Part shown: positions 54,982 through 64,000 of the stretch, in pieces
Position numbering within the stretch: position 1 is the first letter of the stretch
How the letters are laid out: each line of letters starts with the position of its first letter
Assembly (NCBI GenBank): GCA_951406725.2
Contig: OX597832.1
Coordinates: 18,414,001 to 18,478,000 of the forward strand
Length of the DNA stretch: 64,000 nucleotides
Origin: Octopus vulgaris
Lineage: Eukaryota
Direction: 5' to 3'
Program-made: the position numbers and the translations under genes
Notes under the pieces: generated by a model
What the model was told of the DNA's origin: nothing
Database searches by the model: none
Seen by the model: the letters and a program-made list of their open reading frames with translations, nothing else

Positions 54982-55305
54982 GTGAGGGCGCGTGGCTTAG
55001 TGGTTAGGGCATTCGGCTCATGATCGTAAGGTTGTGATTTCGATTCCCGGCGACGCGTTGTGTCCTTGAGCAAGACACTTTATTTCACGTTGCTCCAGTC
55101 CACTCAGCTGGCAAAAATGAGTTGTACTTGTATTTCAAAGGGTCAGCCTTGTCACTCTCTGTGTCACGCTGATTATCTCCGAGAACTACGTTAAGGGTAC
55201 ACGTGTCTGTGGAATGCTCAGCCATTTGCACGTTAATTTCACGAGCAAGCTGTTCCGTTGATCGTATCAGCTGGGACCCTCGTCGTCGTAACCGGCGGAG
55301 TCTTT
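54982..55305 (+). mobile_element. tRNA-derived CORE-like SINE (family A2) sharing the family-A 3' module
   Basis: Head GGCGCGTGGCTTAGTGG/TTCGATTCC, then TGTGTCCTTGAGCAAGACACTT. From TGTATTTCAAAGGG onward it matches family A. 12-bp TSD TACAAGGCATCG at 54970-54981 and 55306-55317. Confidence 0.95.
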
Positions 55306-55661
55306 TACAAGGCATCGCAGTAGAATACCTATTTACAGGACTACAGAAACACTGAGAATTTAAACTTGGGATTAAAAGAGCCGGAACAGGTAATAGAAGG
55401 CATGGTACATACGTACAAATGCTTGCATAAATGCTCAAATAAATAAGTGCAAGATGTTAACAAACTTTGTCTAATTTGGTTGCTGAATTGCGATTTTTAT
55501 TTCAACAATAATAGAAAAGTAAAAAATTTGTTCGCACGAGAATAGATTTGCTTTATGTTAAGGATATGCATTCTACAATTACATGAACTTATACATCAAT
55601 TATTGAGGACTCCAGGTTTATTGTTGACATTCTTCATCAATTCATCGACTGTTATATTATA

Positions 55662-55710
<49 letters not shown>

Positions 55711-55714
<4 letters not shown>

Positions 55715-55822
55715 CCTGCTCGCTTAGCCAGCGGGGTGGCGTCATTCGAAGGCTAAAACAATGCGAACGCATTGTGACCAGCGATGTGTAACAACATCTG
55801 ATGGTCTGGTCGGTCACGTGAT

Positions 55823-55830
<8 letters not shown>
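55711..55830 (+). mobile_element. GC-rich 120-bp insert in (TA)n, probably a retroposon 3' end
   Basis: TA runs on both sides, hairpin ACAATGCG-AA-CGCATTGT, terminal (TCACGTGA)2. Confidence 0.55.
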
Positions 55831-55869
<39 letters not shown>

Positions 55870-56045
55870 GATATGTATAAATGTATGTACGTATGTACAT
55901 ATGTATAATATATACAGAGAGATAGACAGACGGAGATAGAGGGATGTGCCTAGATGCATCGATACATTGTGATTTTAAATCCAATATTATACACGCAAAC
56001 ACACCCACGCACATACACATGCACACACATATATGTATATATACA

Positions 56046-56183
56046 CGACGGGCTTCTTTTACAAGGCTTCGTCAGACTGCGTCTATAGTAGAAGACCCTT
56101 GCACAAGATGCCACGTAGTAGGTGTCAACCCGGAACACACTGGTTCGGAAGCACGCTTCTTACCACATAGTCACTCCTGCGCC
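56046..56183 (-). mobile_element. Degenerate family-B SINE head
   Basis: CGACGGGCTTCTTT ... TTACCACATAGTCACTCCTGCGCC. Confidence 0.75.
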
Positions 56184-56201
56184 CATGAGCCACTCCTATG
56201 C

Positions 56202-56265
<64 letters not shown>

Positions 56266-56429
56266 GCTGGTTTTCCGCCACCTGCTTAAAGGTGCAGCAC
56301 TTGACCCTGTATATATGATTTGCCAGCAGCGAAACGAAACAGGGGCGAAGGTTCTATGTATGCAACGAATTCACTGCATGGCTTTTTATATTATCATGAT
56401 AGATAATGTTAGTGTAATATATAGTTGAT

Positions 56430-56765
56430 TATTTATATTTTAATGCTTGCCTATCAGTTATGTTAAGTTGTCACCAGTAAACAAGTTTTTTACTGTTTTT
56501 CTTTTCATAGTAAGAGCAGTTACCAAGAAAGAGAAAAACGTGGTTTTCAAGCGGTGGCGAAGGACAAGCACAGAAATACACACACTCACGTACACACATA
56601 TACGTACAAACGGTCGTTTTTTGGGGTTTTTTTTCAGTTTCCCTCTATCAAGTGTACTTACGCGGTTTTATAGTCGGCCAAAGGCTATAGTAGGAGACAC
56701 TAAGAGAAGAGTTGACCTGGAACCATTTAGTTGGGAAGCAGACTTCTTAACACACACCCATGCTT
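56430..56765 (-). mobile_element. Very degenerate family-B SINE
   Basis: GTCGGCCAAAGGCTATAGTAGGAGACACT ... GGAAGCAGACTTCTTAACAC. Confidence 0.6.
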
Positions 56766-59126
56766 GCTTTCTAGAAAGATGTAACCAAAAAATGGAGAGA
56801 GTAGTTTCCATCCTTCTTTAAGACCTGAATTCAGTCATGTTACCCCAATGTTTTCTTGACAATTTCACACAGAGCGAAAAGAAGCAACCAACAACTTAAG
56901 TTGTTAAATGTAAACACTCAATGTTTGTTTTCGAAGCGTTGAAAAATATATTGTGATATACGAATGAGAAAATGATAGAACAGCAGATATTGGATAAAAT
57001 ATTCGTTGAATATTTTATCCAATATATGCGTACTCGCATCTCTTTCATTAGCAAACAAGTGCTTTACCAATTAAGCTAAACTCCCCACTTACAAACTAAT
57101 CTCCAATTTTCTGCTTCCGAGCAGAACGCTGCAACGCTGAAATTTTATTACCATACATGTAAACATAGTAATTTTTGTATTGTTTTAGAAACTTTGAAAT
57201 GTCTACTGTGAGATATAAATAAGATATTTTTTTAATTTTCAAACGCAGGGTTTACTCCTTCTGATCGGTAGCTTATAATTTCTAAACTTGCGGATTAATT
57301 CGACCATGGGCAGTTTAGCTTAATTGGTATCTTACTTGACCTGTAATCTCACGGATAGTTGCTGACGAAATGTTTTTTATTACTATGGATATTATTTCCA
57401 ACCTCTGCTATACTATTAGCATTTATGCGTTTCAAAATAAATTTTCTTACTTTATCTCAAAATTAATTTTAAATATTTAAAGGTATTTAAAAAAGATTAC
57501 CTAGAAAAGTGAATTAGCACCTAAATTATTTAATAGCTCAATCGCTTCGATTCATTTAAAAAGATTATAAGCCAGTTGAATTTTTCCTGTTTTGAATCAA
57601 TCACAGGAGGACAAAACTTGCGCTTTTTTTTCTCTCTACTTTCCCCAAATGTGTAGCAGATAAGACGAATATTTTCATTCTCGAAAAAAAGAAATCAAAG
57701 CTTAGGCTGAAAATCAAGCCCGAAGTGGACAGTAAGGAATGCCATCGTTATTTTGATTGAAGGTATTATGAAGAGTCTGTGTGAATTACGAGACGACCTA
57801 TTCTGAACAAATTATTCTGTTTCCTATGTCTGTTAGTTTGTCATCACATTCGAGTGATATTAAAAACAAAATCATTTAGCTGTACAGCTGTTACAAGTGA
57901 AGGTGTAGTTAAGCCAATGATCGGAAAATAAAACAACATTTGTTCCTGTTGTTTGGTGAGACTACACACCTTCAAATGAAATTTTAATTATCACACGTTT
58001 TGCATTCTGTTGATGAGAATGTTGATGAGACTTCAAGGACGGTCTTGGGGATAATTCGATGGCAGTAAAGACAGAAAAGCTGCAACACTGACAGAAGTTG
58101 TACATTGTTATACGCATTCATTTAATTTGGTCCTTTTGCAATCAGCTTTCTCAATCAGGGAATGTCGAATTTCATTCCAAACATTAAAACGAATTTCATC
58201 TTTTTCTCAAAGTCGATGGATTGTATAGCCCCTAGTGGATGAAATCGTTTCAAAGTGATTTTTAAAGTTATATGTATGCTACTTGTGTGTTACTAATTAC
58301 TTCAAAATGACACATCATGGGGGAAAATATTTTCAGTTCCAGACGCCCCATATTTCAAAGCATACAATACTACTCTTTCACGGAAAATGGAAAACACTCG
58401 GATCCCACCGCCAAACATAGTGGAATGGTGGACTGTAAGCCTAGTTTCGTAGCCACCCTTCGTCAGCCCCTACCATCTTCCAGCCAACGACAGGGTCACG
58501 AGACGACAGGACTGAGGATTAGCAAAGTAGCTAGATACCGAATCCGCCTCGTGATCCTCTCGTCGACTGTAGAATGATAAGGGTTTGCTACTTGGGGTAA
58601 AACAAATAGTAACATTGCACAGCCATATTGAGGCGGGGAATAATTTTGATGATGGATAACTTAGAAATAGGTCTCGTGAAGGAATAAATGATCAAGGATA
58701 TAATCTAAACATCTACAGCCTCCAACTACCGAATCTCCGACAGACAAAACTCGAGCGATGACATCGTCATAAAATATCACACCCATGATACTTACAGACA
58801 ACTCCTCTATAACACGACAAGTAAAATACGAACACACAAAAAAAAAAACTGAAGTGCGTTTTATATACAATTATTTTATGTATATTTCTATATTTTTTAT
58901 ATTCTAACTTTTTTTCTGGTTTGTGTGAATAATCTTTTGTGTGATAATGGTGAATCAGTTCAGTACAAACTTGGATTATTAACGCTACGTTGGATAGGGA
59001 AATAAACGTCATATATACGTGATGGTTATTGCTCGTTTCTCTCATGACAATTCTGTGGATTTATTGAAGACTGAGAAAAAGAAATATATGTATGTATATA
59101 TATATATAATGTATATATATATATAC

Positions 59127-59165
<39 letters not shown>

Positions 59166-59454
59166 TATATATTTATATATATATACATTTATATATACAT
59201 ATATATATACATATATATATGTATATATATATATATATGTATGTGTGTGTATATATATATATATATATATTTTTGTGTATGCCCCTGTGTGTATGTATGT
59301 ATATAAATATAAACATATTGATATATATATACATATAGCTATACATACAGATATATATACACGCGCACACATACACACACATATATACATATATATATTC
59401 ATACATACAGATATATATGTATATATGTGTATACGTATACATACATACATACCG

Positions 59455-59514
<60 letters not shown>

Positions 59515-59519
<5 letters not shown>

Positions 59520-61152
59520 GCGGCCAAAATGTTCAGACCGGCATTGTTTTTGTCAGAAAAGTAGATATAAGTTTTTATCAAAGTTGTTTTATATTGTATA
59601 ATTTTCACAGGCAATAAATACAACATAAATTGGTATTGTCTGAGATTTTTATGTAATTCGAGTGGATAATACAAAAGTTATGTATGATTTAGTGATTTAC
59701 TGCAAAACCCAGAGTGGCCAAAATTATCAGAACGGTTGAAAAAATAATAAAATAATCAAATATGGCAGAGAATGCTGGAATTATTTCATATTTAGTGTGA
59801 AGCCCTTTAGATTCAATCAAACTTTGACATCTTTGACTGCATGAGGAAATTAAATTTTCAATTTCTTGCTGGGTGATCTTATTCCATTCTTCCTGAAGGG
59901 CATTCCATAATTGCTTGGTTGTTTTAGGATTTCTGGCTTTCGAACGTTCTCCAGGAGACCTGGATGTTGTCTTTCCGACTCCAGCACATGTTTTCAATAG
60001 GATTGAGATCTGGGCTTTGAGCAGGCGAATCCATAACAATAACCTTTTCAGCCTTGAGGAAGTTCATGACCACCTTAGCCTTGTGACATGGGGCATTGTC
60101 CTCCATGAATATGGGTGGTCGCTTAGTTGAATTTCTCAGCACAGGCAAGACATGATCTTTTACAAGTTGTTTATAAACTCCTGCATTTACCTTTCCATGT
60201 AATCGCACCAAAGAGTCCACACCATCTCCAGATATCATCCCCCCAGCGATGACACTTCCTCCATCGAATTTAACACTAGTCTTAAAGCATTTAGGCGACA
60301 ATTTTTCACCTACTTTTCGACGAACGTACCTTTTCCCATCTGAGCCAAATAACATAGACTTAGATTCATCACTGAAATGCACCGTTTGCCATTTTTCTTG
60401 AGACCACAAAACATGTTTGGTTGCAAAGGTAAGATGACATTTTTTATTCTTGGAGCTGCTCAGTGGCTTCACTGCAGGTCCTCTTGCTTGTAGGTCATGT
60501 TCAACTAAACGACGAGACACAGTTTTTCGAGATAACGTTTTCTTCAATACAATGCTCATTTCCCGAGAAACAGCAGCAGCAGTTTTAAATCTAACCCTTT
60601 TAACCAACTTTACCATAGCACGATCTTCTCTCTTGGTCGTTTTTCTTAGCCTACCTGTAGACTTTCTTGCTTCACACGAACCACAATCATCGCAGACCTT
60701 AAGAATGCCGTGAACAACACTTTTTGACTTTGCAATAGACCCAATACTTAAATTATCCTTCTTTCGAAGCTTAATAATCTCCTGATGAATTGGTAACGGA
60801 GTAAGTGGCATTATATTAACAAGGTACACTGCAGATATTCTTACTAATGTTTAGTAAACGAACTGTCAAGTAAACAAATATAAAACATTAGATTCGACGG
60901 TTAAATATACTAAAACATGGAGTAAAAGCAACCGTTCTGATCATTTTAGCCGCCATGGGTTTTGCAGTAAATCACTAAATCATCCATAACTTTTGTATTA
61001 TCCTCTCAAATTACACCAAAATCTCAGACAATAACAAATGATATGGTATCTATTGTCTGTGAAAATTATACAATACAAAATAACTTTGATAAAACCTTAT
61101 ACCTACTTTTCTGACATAAACAATGCCGTTCTGAACATTTTGGCCGCAACTG
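59515..61152 (-). mobile_element. Full-length Tc1-family DNA transposon with 224-bp IR/DR terminal inverted repeats
   Basis: TIRs at 59515-59738 and 60929-61152 (consensus TA-CAGTTGCGGCCAAAATGTTCAGA). Each TIR has outer and inner G(C/T)GGC(C/T)AAAATN2TCAGA.CGG direct repeats. TA flanks. Confidence 0.97.
59788..60811 (-). pseudogene. Tc1 DD34E transposase, open through the catalytic triad and frameshifted near the C-terminus
   Basis: HFSDES ... MEDNAPCH-(34)-DLNPIEN. The C-terminus (LWNALQEEWNKI...RCQSLIESKGLHTKY) lies in another frame after a foreign patch at about 59950-59990. Confidence 0.93.
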
Positions 61153-62099
61153 TATATATATATATACACTTACTTGTATACATATATACATATAACAAAT
61201 GCCACCCCCTTGGCAAGCATCTTAGCTTAAATCCTCAACTCACTGTTGAGCAGAGTTATAGGCCTTAATATTCCAATCCCGTTGCATTTCTTTGAATGAT
61301 TTTGCAGCAGATTCTCGATACTCCGTCTCAGAGTAAGCCACGGGTAATTCACTGCTAATGTTCTCAATACTTGATTAGCGTTTTTTTACTGATACTGAAA
61401 TGTGAAATGACAGGGTGCAAAATTGAACTCGTCGAACATTGGATTCGAACTCTAGTTTATTGTGAGAGTAGATTCTATTCATATGTTCCTATTTTAGCGA
61501 TTTAGGATTTTTCCCTCCAATCCTGTTCGCCTCATTTTATAACGTGCGTATGATGATAATAATATGCGTAACGATTAGGATGGCGAAGAACAAGAAACGT
61601 TGAAGAACAATAAATAAATCAATTACAAAAATGTATTGAATTCGTTAAGGTAGAAGGAATGTTTGTCCTGTCTGAAATAATAATATTCTGTAAATCTTTT
61701 TGGTGAGCTAATTATCTGTGTTCATATAGTCCCTGAGCCAGAATAAATCTCACATTTAACGTTCATTATATAACAGAATGAATATTTGGTTTGTGTTTCT
61801 TCTTAACACACTGTTCATTAATCACTATAAAAGTAATATAATTAAGATAAATTTCATACTTTAATTAGGGAACATGAACCAAAAATTGCAAGGGAATTTA
61901 GACAACATTAGTATATTACAGTTGCTAGTGCACCGTCATGTTCGCTGTCACATTGTTGACAAGATGCAGTGGCAACCATTTATCACGTAATCCGTCATTC
62001 ACAGAGCTGGTTTCTATGGCACGTCACCTGACTTGATAAATAGCCTTTTTTCTTGTATATAAAGGCAAAATCTTTGGAGATTTTTCTATTCATTTTATT

Positions 62100-62700
62100 T
62101 CTTTTCTCTTCCTTGTTTCACTCCTAGATTTGAGGTCTTGCTGGGGCAAATCCTTGAAGATTCTGAGTCGAACAAACCGGTTCTAGTTATTATGGGATGG
62201 AAGCACTCCGTCGGTTACGACGACGAGGGTTCCGGTTGATCCGATCAACGGAACAGCCTGCTCGTGAAATTAACGTGTAAGTGGCTGAGCACTCCACAGA
62301 CACGTGTACCCTTAACGTAGTTCTCGGGGATATTCAGCGTGACACAGAGAGTGACAAGGCCGGCCCTTTGAAATACAGGTACAACAGAAACAGGAAGTAA
62401 GAGTGAGAGAAAGTTGTGGTGAAAGAGTACAGCAGGGATCACCACCATCTCTGCCGGAGCCTCGTGGGGCTTTAGGTGTTTTCGCTCAATAAACACTCAC
62501 AACGGTCTGGGAATCGAGACCGCGATCCTACGACCGCGAGTCCGCTGCCCTAACCACTGGACCATTGCGCCTCCACTCTAGTTATTATATTTATGCTTGG
62601 TAAGTATTCGGTCGTTCTTGTTTTATAAATTACTAGGACACGAGGACGTAATCAAATCAACACGTAATAACCAGCGGTGGCAGGTACAAACAGACAACCC
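62100..62700 (-). mobile_element. Old degenerate family-B-like SINE hosting the family-A insertion
   Basis: CTTGTTTCA ... CCTTGAAG ... GTCGAACAAA before the insertion and GGACGTAA ... AGCGGTGG ... ACAAACAGAC after it. Confidence 0.55.
62194..62576 (-). mobile_element. Family-A SINE, full length
   Basis: Near-identical to 1554-1940. 12-bp TSD TCTAGTTATTAT at 62182-62193 and 62577-62588. Confidence 0.96.
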
Positions 62701-63309
62701 GCTCTCGCGCATGCACACGTACTTCAACACATCTTCTGTCAAGCTAATGCACTTACAAGATTTTAGAAAGCACACGCAGAAGTGCGTTGCTAAGATTCTC
62801 GTTAGATATCGTTGCATTGTTTGTACGAGTTTTATATACCACAACTTCTGAAATATCAAAGGCAACAGAAAACAAGAGTGGGGACACTTTTTAGTGCAGC
62901 GGGCAAACATTTACAAACAAAAAAGGATCGAGGTGGGATCACGAGTTCTAACTTTTATATATGTGTAAATATTTTATAGATGTATGTATAATTCGATATA
63001 CATTAATAAAGATAAGTTAACATGTTAAATTAACACGAAACATCTGCATTAACGCCGCCACTGAATTTAGAACGTTTATATTACTGATGGGGTATTCTAT
63101 ACTTTTCGACTTCTGTGTAGTTGTGACTCAAGGGGAATATGTGTTTTATAGTGAAAAAATAAATTCCATTCAAATGGCAATTACCGACGATTTTCTGTTC
63201 GAGTCTAACCGTCTGAAGCCGTAGTGGAAACACGACCTATGTCGCAAAGAGTTATACGAATATTGTATAAATTTTATAATTGAAAAATTTACTATATTTT
63301 GTACATACG

Positions 63310-63388
63310 AGTATGGCAGCTTGCAGGCGAAATAAAATGGGTTTGCAGGCGCAATTATACCCGCAGGTAGGGAATTTTCCCACTCCTG
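63310..63388 (+). mobile_element. Possible hAT (Charlie-like) transposon terminus
   Basis: Ends ACCCGCAGG...TTTTCCCACTCCTG, resembling the CAGGGGTGGGCAAA terminus and GCCCGCGGG subterminal motifs. No matching other end established. Confidence 0.35.
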
Positions 63389-64000
63389 ATCTAAAGCAAT
63401 GACGATGCAGTTACATTAAATGAACATCTGTGCTTGATTCTTCAGAATCGTCCGGGCCATGAAGCAATGAATGGCAAGTATATGAACTCAACAGGATTTT
63501 AACAAAAAGTAATAACATTATATTCTTGAAATGTTTTCATTTGGCATTTTCATCAATTTCATTTCCAGTTGCATCTGATTCTAATTTCGATGCGAATCCA
63601 CATATTTCTTGAAAAGTATTCATATATCCAAGTAATTGAGTATCATCATTTCATCCGTTTGAAATCAGATGTTAAACACATAGTAATCGTGTTGACCCAG
63701 CATTAACGTAAATGCTAAAATTGATTTGTCATAAGCATATGAACATTTAAAAAGAAGCAATCGGATATATCAATTTTAGTTTTTACCGATATATCTGTTA
63801 ACGAACTCGTGATGGCGAATATATCAAATTTGTAATTTCACTTACTAGAATCATAATGGTATCTGTCGAATTTTGAATGTAATGAGGCTAGGAAGTAAAC
63901 GTGATTGTTAGCACACTTTCTATGCTGTTGTGAATGAGATTAAATGGTTAAGTTAGAGAGGATATTTTTTCTTTAATGTGGTACTCAACACAAGGAAACG

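Noticed and set aside
56261-56311. TA-CAGG...CCCTG-TA mini-MITE
   Set aside because: Only about 5 bp of inverted repeat, compatible with chance.
58438-58470. Minus-strand CTGACGA...GAAACTAG motif
   Set aside because: No convincing stem I or II and no UH triplet. About one such match is plausible by chance in this window.

Overview
AT-rich, microsatellite-saturated eukaryotic non-coding DNA, intronic or intergenic. The SINE families resemble those I recall from octopus (cephalopod) genomes; this is an inference, not a search result. No host protein-coding gene can be supported, and nearly all ORFs in the track are (TA)n, (TG)n, (TACA)n or (ATC)n artefacts. The window is a transposable-element graveyard. 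It holds three or four tRNA-derived SINE families (over 30 copies, several with clear TSDs, two inserted as head-plus-trimer concatemers) and a near-complete IR/DR Tc1 (DD34E) element. It also holds mariner, maT (DD37D), Tc1 and pogo-like remnants, three clustered non-autonomous Helitrons, RTE and other LINE 3' ends, and Penelope-like (PLE) remnants. The strongest hidden signal is about a dozen hammerhead-ribozyme (HHR)-like motifs from several unrelated short PLE-derived elements. These elements sit in or beside (TA)n tracts and often carry a fold-back inverted copy of their own 3' end. The motifs include one near-intact HHR, a family with a compensatory G3-C8 core swap, apparent A6U and U4C core variants, and HHRs whose halves are split by 100-300 nt with a tandemly repeated 5' half. 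All folds were derived by eye and none has been tested.
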